Part shown: in pieces, positions 1 through 10,200 of the stretch | Layout of the letters: each line of letters starts with the position of its first letter | Numbering within the stretch: position 1 is the stretch's first letter | Assembly (NCBI GenBank): GCA_037132255.1 | Contig: JBAXPN010000001.1 | Location: 191,395-255,394, forward strand | Length of the DNA stretch: 64,000 nt | Reading direction: 5' to 3' | Source: Candidatus Falkowbacteria bacterium | Lineage (GTDB): Bacteria > Patescibacteriota > Patescibacteriia > Patescibacteriales > UBA12465 | Position numbers and translations under genes: made by a program | Notes under the pieces: generated by a model | Seen by the model: only the letters and a program-made list of their open reading frames with translations | What the model was told of the DNA's origin: nothing | Databases searched by the model: none

Positions 1-4
1 TTAC

Positions 5-3000
5 ATGTCTTGGTACAATGACTTCAATGGCGTTGTAACTATCCCTGCTTCTGAATTACAAAGCTACCCATTAGGTGGCAATGTAGTAATGAGAGCGGGC
101 ACCAAGTTAGTGAAAATCACAACTGATCCTTCCGTTTACGCTGTTGAACCTAATGGCGTTTTAAGAAAGATCCAAAGTGAAGCACAAGCTGCAGCTTTAT
201 TCGGCACCAACTGGAACAAGAGAGTTGTTGACGTTTCTGACGCTTTCTTCACTAACTACACTATTGGCGCAGTTTTAGCTAATGGTGTTATCCCAGCTGG
301 TTCCTTAGTAAAAAATGCAAGCGGTGCTGAAATCTTTTACTTCGACGGAACTAACTATCGTTCAATCGCTAACGAAGCTGCTTTCAATGCAAATAGATTT
401 GCTTGGGGCAACATTATTACTGCTAGCTCTACTGTTACTGCTGGTGGTTCTAATCTTTCAAGCGGTGAATTCGTTAACGTCGCACAAAATGGCGGCACTG
501 GAATTGTTATTACTGGTTCTGGTTTAATGGTTTCATTAAATGCCAGCACTCCAGCTGCAGCTTCAGTACCACAAAATGGTGCACGCGTTCCAATGGCTAA
601 AATCAATTTGACTGCAGCTAATGATGGCGCGGTAAGCGTTAACTCAATTCTTGTTAAGAGAATTGGTTTATCTTCATATAGTGATGTTAACCAAGTTTGG
701 ATGGAAAAGGACGGTTCTATCGTTGCTTCCAAAAAGACTGTTAACTCCAATGACGAATCTATCTTAACTTTCTCCCCAGCTTTAATCGTTAATGCTGGCC
801 AAACTGTTACTTTAGATTTAATTGCTTCTTTGAAGGGTTCAGGCGGCAACATGGGCTTCAGTATTGCTTCTGCTTCTGCAGTTAGTTCAACTGGCGCTAC
901 TGTTTCCGGTTCTTTCCCTGTTAGTGGCAATGTAATGTCATTGACTAGCTATAACGTTGTTAACCTTTCAATCACTACTACTGCCGCTACTCAATCTGTA
1001 AAGGTTGGTGACGAAAAGGTAGAATTAGGTAGTTTTGAATTAGGTTTCAATAGTACTGCTAAGGACGTTACTGTTAGCTCAATCATGTTAAAGAATAATG
1101 GCGTTGAGGATCTTTCCAAGACTGCTATGAATCTTTACTTAGAACAAGCTGGTAATAAGGTTTCAACTGGCGTAACCGTAAATGGCCGCTATGTTACCTT
1201 TACTTTCGGTTCTGGTTTAAATTTACTTAAAGATGACTCTTCCAAGATCTTCAAGATCAAGGGTGATGTCATTGGTAAAGAAAATACCGGTACCCCTAGT
1301 TATACTTTCACTTTGAACAAGAGCACTGATTTGATTGCTTATGAAAAGAGCACAGGTTTTGGCGCTAATGTTTTAAATGGTACATCTGGCAGCGTTTCTG
1401 CTGACAACATGACTATTTCTAATGTTAACATCACTTCCGGCGCAATTTCTGTTTCTAAGAAATCAACTTCACCATCTGACACTACTATCGTTAAGGGTTC
1501 AGACAACATTGTTTTATTAGCTAACGTTAAGACTGACGAAGCGATGAATGCTGATGGCTTAAACATTAGCTACTCTTCAGACGGTTCACAGGCTCTTACA
1601 ACTGATCAATTTGAGAACGTAAGAGTTTACGTCAATGGCGTACTTTTGGATTCTTTTGATCCAGCTACGACTACAGCTGTAATTTCCAAGTCTATTGATT
1701 CAAACTTATCCTTAGTTAAGGGTGATAATGAAATCAAGGTCATGGCTAAGGCTAAGACAAATGCTACTAACAATGCAGCTTTCATTGCTAAATTAGTTAC
1801 TGGCGTTGGTTCTGATGCTTTATTTGCATCTAAGAATCCTACCTATGTTTCATCTGGTAACGCTATTGCTGCAGGCAGCATTGGTGGAAGCGCAACTGGC
1901 GCAACCTTCACTGTCGCTGGTGCAGTTATCTCTGTTACAAGAAATGATGGTTATTCCGCTGGAAAGACTATCGTTAAAGGTAGTAATGATGTTTCTTTAG
2001 GTAAGTTTACCTTAAAGGCAACTAATGATGCTTTAACAGTTACTTCTATTTCTTTAGCTGGTAACTCAACTGCATCTACTTCTACTACTACTGATTCTTC
2101 AATTTTTGACGCTAAGGTCTATGTTGATGGCGTTCAAGTTGGTAATACTGTAGATTTCACATCTACTGGTGCTAATTTCTCGTCATTAAATTTCTCCATT
2201 GCTAAGGATACTACAAAGAGTGTCGAAATTAAGGCATCCTTTGATTCTTCTGCAACTGGCGGATTTAAGACTGTTATGACTGTCAATGCTCAAGATTCAC
2301 GTGGTAAGGAAATCACAACAAACAACACTGCTTCTACTGTCGACTTCAATGTCACATCTGCTGGTTCTTTGAACGTAGCTTTAGGTGGTAATACTCCTGC
2401 TGCTGCAATCTTAGTAGCTAAGGCTGCTGAACAAGAAGTTGCTCAGATTAAGTTCACTGCTATCAACGATAGCGCGAGCATTACTGAAATCAATGTTATT
2501 AATTGGGATGGCGTATCTGCTACTTCCACAACTGCTGACCCAAGAATCGCTTCTGTCAAATTATATGATGGCAGCAATTTATTAGATTCTTTCGTTCCAG
2601 TTAACGGTGCAGGCAAATTCACTATCTCCAATGATGCAGCTTTAATCGCTGCTAATAACAGCAAGACTTTATCAGTTAAGGTTTCTTTGAACCCTATTGA
2701 TAATGACTCTGCTGCAACTGATAAGGATTTAATGATCAGAGTAACTACTGTTAAATCCAAGTCATCTGCTGGTTCTGTTACAAGCTTAACTGCTAATGTA
2801 AATGCAAATAGCTTCCGTATCAGAAAGACTGTTCCTACTGTTACTTTAGCTGCTTTACCTTCAACTTTATTAACTGCTGGTAACACAGTAGTTTCCAAGT
2901 TCACTGTAAGCGCTGATAGTAATGGTGACGTTGCTTTAGGAAAGATTGTGTTAAATTATTCTACTTCATCTGATGTAGTTCTTAACACAGCTGTTCTAGC

Positions 3001-3331
3001 CAACGCTGTTAAGGTTAATGGTGTAACCAAGTCTGCAACTTCTACTGTTAGCATTGCAAACAAGACTATCACTATCGACTTCACACAGTCTGCTGAAGAA
3101 ATTGTTTCTGCTGGTACTTCTAAGACAATTGAAATCTTAGCTAATATCGTTTCTGTTGGTAATAACTCACAATCTTTGACAACAACGATTGCTGAACCTT
3201 CTACCTACACTGATGGTGGCAGCACTACTTTCCAATGGTCTGATGGAGCTTCCATCACTGCAGCTACTTATTCTAGTGGCCGAAGAGTACCTGGCTTAAG
3301 CACGGACACTCAGGTTCTATCTAAGAACTAA
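5..3331 (+). CDS. Cell-surface protein with tandem Ig-like beta-sandwich repeats; the N-terminus lies upstream of the window (5'-partial)
   Basis: The ORF is open from the window edge. The 1108-aa translation is Thr/Ser/Val/Asn-rich and built of repeated ~100-aa beta-strand modules (e.g. VxVxDxxLxxxxxT, KGD...G). It is followed by a clean rho-independent terminator. Confidence 0.5.
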   Translation: MSWYNDFNGVVTIPASELQSYPLGGNVVMRAGTKLVKITTDPSVYAVEPNGVLRKIQSEAQAAALFGTNWNKRVVDVSDAFFTNYTIGAVLANGVIPAGSLVKNASGAEIFYFDGTNYRSIANEAAFNANRFAWGNIITASSTVTAGGSNLSSGEFVNVAQNGGTGIVITGSGLMVSLNASTPAAASVPQNGARVPMAKINLTAANDGAVSVNSILVKRIGLSSYSDVNQVWMEKDGSIVASKKTVNSNDESILTFSPALIVNAGQTVTLDLIASLKGSGGNMGFSIASASAVSSTGATVSGSFPVSGNVMSLTSYNVVNLSITTTAATQSVKVGDEKVELGSFELGFNSTAKDVTVSSIMLKNNGVEDLSKTAMNLYLEQAGNKVSTGVTVNGRYVTFTFGSGLNLLKDDSSKIFKIKGDVIGKENTGTPSYTFTLNKSTDLIAYEKSTGFGANVLNGTSGSVSADNMTISNVNITSGAISVSKKSTSPSDTTIVKGSDNIVLLANVKTDEAMNADGLNISYSSDGSQALTTDQFENVRVYVNGVLLDSFDPATTTAVISKSIDSNLSLVKGDNEIKVMAKAKTNATNNAAFIAKLVTGVGSDALFASKNPTYVSSGNAIAAGSIGGSATGATFTVAGAVISVTRNDGYSAGKTIVKGSNDVSLGKFTLKATNDALTVTSISLAGNSTASTSTTTDSSIFDAKVYVDGVQVGNTVDFTSTGANFSSLNFSIAKDTTKSVEIKASFDSSATGGFKTVMTVNAQDSRGKEITTNNTASTVDFNVTSAGSLNVALGGNTPAAAILVAKAAEQEVAQIKFTAINDSASITEINVINWDGVSATSTTADPRIASVKLYDGSNLLDSFVPVNGAGKFTISNDAALIAANNSKTLSVKVSLNPIDNDSAATDKDLMIRVTTVKSKSSAGSVTSLTANVNANSFRIRKTVPTVTLAALPSTLLTAGNTVVSKFTVSADSNGDVALGKIVLNYSTSSDVVLNTAVLANAVKVNGVTKSATSTVSIANKTITIDFTQSAEEIVSAGTSKTIEILANIVSVGNNSQSLTTTIAEPSTYTDGGSTTFQWSDGASITAATYSSGRRVPGLSTDTQVLSKN

Positions 3332-3371
3332 GTAAAGTCTTCCCGATTTTCTTTAATTAATCGGAACAATA

Positions 3372-3399
3372 AAAGAGCCCCTTTGGGGGCTCTTTTTTG
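3372..3399 (+). terminator. Rho-independent terminator
   Basis: GC hairpin AGAGCCCC-TTTG-GGGGCTCT followed by a T6 run, immediately after the stop of the surface-protein gene. Confidence 0.8.
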
Positions 3400-3426
3400 T
3401 CGGTAATTTTTGCTAATTTTATTGAA

Positions 3427-3455
3427 TTGAAGCAGACAGGGAATTATGATATAAT
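3427..3455 (+). promoter_or_regulatory. Sigma70-type promoter with extended -10 (TTGAAG-17-TGaTATAAT)
   Basis: -35 TTGAAG at 3427-3432, a 17-nt spacer, then -10 TATAAT at 3450-3455 preceded by TGa. It sits upstream of the 3576 and 3873 genes. Confidence 0.5.
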
Positions 3456-3575
3456 TTTTTATACCTCCCCGATATTTAACTTGAGATTTAACGAGCTACC
3501 GGAGGCAATTATTTATTAATTGCCGTATACCATTTATCATTATCTTCTCCTAATGTTAGATGGTGGGCCAAAATT

Positions 3576-3791
3576 ATGTCCCAATTAGCGCCAGTTATGT
3601 TAACAGCTGATCAATTTAATCAGCTCGCAACAAAAGAAGACATCAAAGAGTTGTCGGAAAAAATGGAAGAAAGATTCAATATACTTGATTACAAAATAGA
3701 CACAAACGGGGCGCAGAGCTACAAAGATACAAACGCCGCGATATTAAACCATGAAATTAGGATAAAAAAACTTGAATCAAAATATATTTAA
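3576..3791 (+). CDS. Hypothetical small protein (71 aa), predicted coiled coil
   Basis: ORF lying between a strong promoter and the next gene. It has no recognisable family; the sequence is charged and helical. Confidence 0.35.
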   Translation: MSQLAPVMLTADQFNQLATKEDIKELSEKMEERFNILDYKIDTNGAQSYKDTNAAILNHEIRIKKLESKYI

Positions 3792-3872
3792 ATTAAGCAT
3801 AATAGCCGTCGACAGCCCATCGACGGCTATGTTATAATAACCTTGTTATATATTTGCTAAATTATTAAAATT

Positions 3873-6131
3873 ATGTCGCCAAAAACTTATTTAAGAATTT
3901 TGCAGGGTGGTATTATCGCATCGCTATTTATCATTCTTCTTGTCTTTAAAAATTTGCTTTTCCCGTATATTACCTCGAAGCAACTGCCGTTTAATATTAT
4001 TATGGAGATTCTCTTCGCGCTCTGGGCTGTATTTATGCTTCGATATCCGGAGTATCGACCGAAGAAGAGTTTTATTTCTTATGGATTAATTGCATATTTT
4101 GCCGCTATTCTCGTTTCTTGTTTTATTAGTGTTGATTTTAATTTAAGTTTTTGGGGTGACGCTGAAAGAATGCTTGGCTTCTTTCACTTGGTCCATTTCT
4201 TAATCTTTTACTTTATATTGATAACAGTTTTCCGCACTTGGAAAGAATGGCGCTTGCTCTTTCAGGCATCCGTCGCGATTGCTACTATTGTCAGTTTCGT
4301 TGGTTTATGGGGCGCTAATTCTTATAGCACAATTGGTAACACAGCTTACGTTAGTGGCTATTTAATATTTAGCATTTATTTTATTATTCTGCTTTTCTTC
4401 CGTTCCCAGGATAAGTTGGCTCGTTGGCTTTATATTTTACCCTTAATACCGATGGTGATAGAATTTTGGCGAATGCATACCTCCGGAGCAATTATAGGCT
4501 TGACTCTTAGCATCCTCCTGATGATTTTATTATTCGGCTTATCCCATGTTAATAAAATAATTCGACGTAGCTCTCTAATTATATTTATTCTAGCAATCCT
4601 AGGTATAGTTTGGATATTTTCACAATCAAGTTCCTCTTGGTTTCAAAATAGTTTCTTAAGAAATTTAACTTCACAAAAAGTTACTTTCCAAACCCGTTTA
4701 ATTTCTTGGAAGGGAGCAGCGGCTGATTTTAAGTATCATCCAATTTTTGGCACCGGCTTTGGTAATTATGCCATTATTTTTGATAAGCATTTTACTTCCG
4801 ACTTTTATAACTACACGACCGGAGATACTTATTTTGATCGCGCTCATAATAATTTAATTGATATTACTTCAACCACTGGTCTTGTTGGGCTCGCAACTTA
4901 TCTCAGTATTTTCCTGGCTGCTATTTATTATCTTTGGAAAGAATTTAAGCTTAACGGGAAGAGAACAAGCTCTGATATTGGTGGTCTAAATAATATTGAA
5001 ATTATTATTGCCGTATCTCTCATTGCTGCCTATTTTATTCAAAATTTGGCAATATTTGACTCCTTCTCGACGCTTTTAGGGCTTATTAGCATCCTAGGCT
5101 TCGTTTATTGGCTTGATTATCGTCGCGGCGCAGGTAGCGAGATTAAGAAAGAACCACGCCTTGCTATAAAGGGCGACAATGCGGAATTGATTTGTCTAAT
5201 CGGCTTCTTAGCAATTGCCTATATTTTTACTAATTATTACAACGTCCGTACCTGGAAAATGTTTACCGGATCAATTGATGGCTATGCGCAAATTGCTAAT
5301 GGTCAATTAATCAGTGGCGTAGAGGCCTATAAGTCGAGTTTAACGGGGCGACCGATGGAACGTGACGCACGGGTAACTTTGATTAATCTTGTTATTTCAA
5401 ATCCTAGTTTATTATCAAATCTTGATAGTAAAAAAGCGGGCGAGATATTGGATTATGTAATTGGACTAGCCGAAAAGAATGTCTCTTATAATGTCGAGGA
5501 TAGCATGCAGCAAATGCAATTGGCACAAATTCTTGATGCGGCTGCACGCTATAATTACCGTAATGCCGAGAAATTTAATTTCTACTCAAGTCAGGCAATG
5601 TCGGCCATTGACGCTTCTATCGCGGCAAGCCCGGGACGTGCCACAACCTACTTTGTTAAAGCTCAGATGCAACTTATGCGCATGGAGAATGAGGATGCCA
5701 TAAACACTATGAAGGTCGGCATCGCTTTGAATCCTAATTATTATGAAGGTCATTGTCGTTTAGCGCAGATGTACTTTGTTCTTAAGGATCCGAAGTATGA
5801 AGCCGATAAAGGTTTGGCCTTAAATAACTGCGTTGACAAGGGAGGGGTTGATCAGATTGGTTCAGATACCCTATTAAAGTTAGCGATTAATTATTACTCA
5901 GACGCGAAAGACTATTCACGCGCGGCAATATTAACTGAGCGCCTTGCTGTTGTTACCGGAGCTGACCCAGAAGTTTGGTATAATTTAGCCAAGCTTTATG
6001 CTGTTATTGGTAGTTCAACTAAGGCTGAGGAATCATTTCAAAAGGCTTACGCGCTTGATTCTACGATTTCCGTAAAAGATTGGCAGGCATTTAAGACTAC
6101 TATTGAAACAAATCGAAAGGCCGTGAAATAA
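3873..6131 (+). CDS. O-antigen ligase (Wzy_C)-like polytopic membrane protein fused to C-terminal TPR repeats
   Basis: The N-terminal ~450 aa has about 10-12 hydrophobic helices and a large loop typical of WaaL/Wzy-type ligases. The C-terminal ~280 aa carries TPR-like motifs (...AKLYAVIGSSTKAEESFQKAYALD...). This Wzy_C-TPR fusion is a common architecture. Confidence 0.6.
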   Translation: MSPKTYLRILQGGIIASLFIILLVFKNLLFPYITSKQLPFNIIMEILFALWAVFMLRYPEYRPKKSFISYGLIAYFAAILVSCFISVDFNLSFWGDAERMLGFFHLVHFLIFYFILITVFRTWKEWRLLFQASVAIATIVSFVGLWGANSYSTIGNTAYVSGYLIFSIYFIILLFFRSQDKLARWLYILPLIPMVIEFWRMHTSGAIIGLTLSILLMILLFGLSHVNKIIRRSSLIIFILAILGIVWIFSQSSSSWFQNSFLRNLTSQKVTFQTRLISWKGAAADFKYHPIFGTGFGNYAIIFDKHFTSDFYNYTTGDTYFDRAHNNLIDITSTTGLVGLATYLSIFLAAIYYLWKEFKLNGKRTSSDIGGLNNIEIIIAVSLIAAYFIQNLAIFDSFSTLLGLISILGFVYWLDYRRGAGSEIKKEPRLAIKGDNAELICLIGFLAIAYIFTNYYNVRTWKMFTGSIDGYAQIANGQLISGVEAYKSSLTGRPMERDARVTLINLVISNPSLLSNLDSKKAGEILDYVIGLAEKNVSYNVEDSMQQMQLAQILDAAARYNYRNAEKFNFYSSQAMSAIDASIAASPGRATTYFVKAQMQLMRMENEDAINTMKVGIALNPNYYEGHCRLAQMYFVLKDPKYEADKGLALNNCVDKGGVDQIGSDTLLKLAINYYSDAKDYSRAAILTERLAVVTGADPEVWYNLAKLYAVIGSSTKAEESFQKAYALDSTISVKDWQAFKTTIETNRKAVK

Positions 6132-6155
6132 AGAAAAAATAAAGAGAGAATTTAA

Positions 6156-6188
6156 AAAATCAGATCTTCGGGTCTGATTTTTTTTATT
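6156..6188. terminator. Rho-independent terminator
   Basis: Hairpin AATCAGATC-TTCG-GGTCTGATT followed by T8. Confidence 0.8.
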
Positions 6189-6313
6189 GTCGTAAAACTC
6201 AATAAATATGGCAGAAATACTATTGATATCATTTAATATTATTTAGAAATATTTTAATTATCCATAAGTAGGGACTTGCTATAGTATTTAGACTTAAAAT
6301 TAATTCTAAACAT

Positions 6314-7243
6314 ATGAAATTATCTTTTTATCGCCAAGTAAAAATTAATCGAAAAATATTAATAATCGCCTCAGTGATACTTGTGCTTATGACGATTATT
6401 AGCTACTACCTGATTCGATTATTTAGTCTTAGTGGTTCGGAAATTGCCCTAGCCGAGCTTGAGAAGTCGTATTCGGCGGAACCAATTTGTCACGTTAAAT
6501 GTGATATTTGGCGAAGAGAAAAGGAACAAATAATAATTAAAGATTTAAAGAAGTTCTCCCCTAAAGCGACTAAAAGAATGGAAAAATATTGGTCATTTCT
6601 CCCTGACGATTCCCGATTTAAGATTGAAATTGCCCAGATTGCCCTTCTCGCTTATGGCGAAAATAATCCACCGGTTTATTTAAAAGAATACCTTGATAAT
6701 CCGTCGGCTGATTTAAAATTACTTCGCGAAATAATTATCAGATTTAATTCGCTGGCAGTTAATAATCGAATATTAATTAATAATTTATCTAAGATAGCGA
6801 AAAATGCGAGTTCAAGCGAAATAAAAATAGCGGCTATTCAAACATTAAAAGAAATTAATAACGACGGGGAAATAGGAAACTATTTCAAAATAATTAATTC
6901 GAATAGTGAGCTCAACGTTAAATTAGAATTAGTCAAAAATATAAGTAATATTCGTGATAAGCAAAATATATTCACGAAAGAGCAACTGGAAATTATTAAG
7001 AATATTATTGTGAAAGGGGATACTGAAAACCCCTTACGGCAATCATTGGTGCAATTATTAGGTGATTATTATTTGATATATCCGGATGAAAGTATCTCGA
7101 TTTGGCAATCAGTCTATAAAAATGAGGCTCTCGATAGTATCAGTCGTAGTTTTAGTGCCGACTATATAAATCACTTAACAAATACGAATTTAGATATACC
7201 GACTGTTAGCGATAATGAATGGCAAGATTATTATAATCAGTAA
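6314..7243 (+). CDS. Membrane-anchored protein with HEAT/ARM-like alpha-helical repeats
   Basis: One N-terminal TM helix, then repeated ~30-aa amphipathic helical units (...SEIKIAAIQTLKEIN..., ...PLRQSLVQLLGDY...). The family assignment is tentative. Confidence 0.35.
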   Translation: MKLSFYRQVKINRKILIIASVILVLMTIISYYLIRLFSLSGSEIALAELEKSYSAEPICHVKCDIWRREKEQIIIKDLKKFSPKATKRMEKYWSFLPDDSRFKIEIAQIALLAYGENNPPVYLKEYLDNPSADLKLLREIIIRFNSLAVNNRILINNLSKIAKNASSSEIKIAAIQTLKEINNDGEIGNYFKIINSNSELNVKLELVKNISNIRDKQNIFTKEQLEIIKNIIVKGDTENPLRQSLVQLLGDYYLIYPDESISIWQSVYKNEALDSISRSFSADYINHLTNTNLDIPTVSDNEWQDYYNQ

Positions 7244-10200
7244 TTATATGAAAAAAATATTGATAATTATATTCGGACTTATATTTTTACCCAAAATCTG
7301 TGGTGCTATGCCACCCGGAACTTTAGTCTATCGAACATCGGAAAATGGTCGGATGTTTGGTTATAGTGGCGATCCTTTAATATATTCGGAAAAAGGAATA
7401 GTAAAAAATATAAACTCCGGTCATGTTGGTATATACATCGGTCAGGAAAATGGCGTAGATTATATTGTTGAGGCCCTAGCTAATGGTATAGTAAAAACAC
7501 CGGCTGACAAATTTGTAAATTTAGGCGAGGGAGAAAAATATTTAGGAGCAAAAATTCCAAAAAATCTTTCCGCTATTCAACAGGCCAAGGTTGTCGCAAT
7601 TGCCAAGAGCTTAGTCGGAAAAAATCTGGCTTATGATTTTGATTTCAAAACTCAAAAGGGTCCGGAGTCGGGAGAATGGACTTGCGTCGGTCTAACAGAA
7701 AAGTTATACGAAAGTGCAAATATTTATAATCCAAATAATTTAGGTTCTCTAGAATATGAAACAAGCTATTACGCAATTGATATAACTCCTGACGGTTTTG
7801 ATAATTATAGTACTGTAAATTCCTACGGTGATTGTTTTTCGGCTGATTATGAATATTCAAAAATTGCTGCCCGTGTTGATATATTAATCCCCGCGCCCGA
7901 ATTAGTCGGATTCGATGTCGGTCTTATAAAAGATGATGAGCGCTATATATTTATCCCTTATACTCAATATCTTCAGCCCAGTTTAAGTGATATTACTACC
8001 GATATAACGATGGAATCATATTTTAATGGTTCGGAAGTTCGTGGTTCAACTTCTAAATATGCGCTTGCGCTGCGTTGGAGCTTAATTAATAATCCATCGT
8101 CGTCATTAAGCACAATCGCACGTAAAACAAAAGAGGCGGTAATAAGTTTGAAAAATAGAATATTCGGGAACGGAACAGACGCAGCAGAAATTGCGCTTGT
8201 TACTGAAAATACTTCAAACCAAAATGTCACGTCAGAAGACACAACTGCAAAAACCGGGGCGCTTATAAATAAAGCGACATCGACAAAATTAGAAGATGCT
8301 GAAATAAATGATCCTAAAACTACAAATACTGGTAAGCAAGCTACAACTGCAAAGACCAGTACGAGTAAAACGGTTTCTACTAAGACTAATTCAACCCAGA
8401 CTAATTCGGTTTCTAATAATAAAACGAATCAAAACACAAATACCATTAATGACTCAGTTGAGGCGGCTAGTTACTATAGTCCCGCTAAAGCGTCGGAAAA
8501 TACCGTTATAGCGGCGGATTCTAAAGTTATAGAGACGCCAAAAATTGCGACTGTAAGTAGAATATACGCGACGGGAAATAATAAATGGATTGAATTATAT
8601 AATCCGACGGATTTAGATTTTGATTTAGCGGCTGCTGGCTATCGTTTGGAAAAAGCCAAGACGGCAGCTGACCCAACTTTAATAATGCGCATCGGAAAGA
8701 CCGAAGATGGTTCTTATCCCGGAGGAACAATTATTAAAGCGCGTGGCACATATATGATTGTAAAAAGTACGGCGAGTGATTATTACTTACGACAGGCTGA
8801 TGCCGTAGCCACGCGTGATGATTTTACTTGGCCAAGTTCTGGATACACAATATATTTGGGCACGGGAGCGATAAGTTCTAATACCGATCCCGACATAGTT
8901 GAAGCTCTTGGCTATGGCGCGAATGCGACCTATTATCAAGGGGACGCTCCAGCTCCTGAAATCACTGATAATTATAGTCTTAATCGCCAAAAGGGTAGTG
9001 GAAATAATAATCTTGATTTTAAACTCGTTAAGTCCGATGACCCAACAATTGACTGGACAATTGATAATGAAGAAGAAACATCAAATACAGCAACAAGCAC
9101 GATAATAAATACAGCAGCTAGTACAAGTACTATTTCGACTACTACACATATTATTGCAACTACAACGCCAAGCATATCAAATAGTACTAATAATATTGCT
9201 TCGACGACAAGTAATATTGCGACCTCAAGCCCGAATCAGGCCAACACGCTTCCGCTTCTTATAAATGGAATTTATGGCAGCGGTGTAAATGATTGGATAG
9301 AATTGTATAACCCGAATAATTTTGCAATTGATTTGTATTCAAATGAATATCGTTTAGAAAAAACTAAAACGGCGATAGACCCAGCTCTTATCATGAGAAT
9401 TGGTGATCCGCTAGATGGTTATTATCCCGGGACTACAATCATAAACGCCAATGGTAAATATCTGATTGTGCGCGATGATGCCGATCAATTTTTTAAAGAT
9501 AAAGCCAGCGCCATTGCGACTCGTTTAGATTTTAGCTGGTTAAATTCCGGATACACATTATATTTAGCTAGCGGCCCAGTTAGTTCAAGTACCGATGAGG
9601 ATATTATCGACACCCTGGGCTTCGGACTTAATGCAACTTTTTGGCGCGGTTATAATCCAGCAGAAGCGATGAAAGACGGTTATAGTTTAAGCAGAACTTC
9701 AAATACTGGTAATAATAATTTAGATTATAATTTATTGAAGTCTGATGATCCTAGTATTGATTGGTCAGAGGAAAATAGTGATACTGGGACATCGATGAAT
9801 ATTTACAATTTTTCCACCTCTTCTTACGACCTATTTTCTTTTCCGGAACCAATAAATTCCGCCGGCTTAGAATATGTCTGGCATTTCGATGAATGCACGG
9901 GGTCTACAACTGCGAGTAGTTTAGGCAATTCTACTCTAAACGTAGCTAATCATTGGAAGTCGGGGAAGTATATTTGCTCTAAGGAAGCGGGATATGACTA
10001 CGGGAAGATAGTTGGGCCACTGGATAAACAAATTGATATAAATAATTTCACAATTAGCTTTTGGTTTAAAGCAACTCAAAGCTATCCGCGATTAAGTTTA
10101 ACTCTCGCAAACGATCAGAGTGATTCAATAAATGTAACCCTGGAACAAGGATTGATGCAATTTAGTGGCTTAGCAAATCCGAGTTGGCGATATTATCAAG

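Noticed and set aside
355-2904. Internal minus-strand ORFs (355-930, 1339-1566, 2443-2904) inside the surface-protein gene
   Set aside because: These are antisense ORFs within a long, compositionally biased repeat-coding region. They are typical artefacts.
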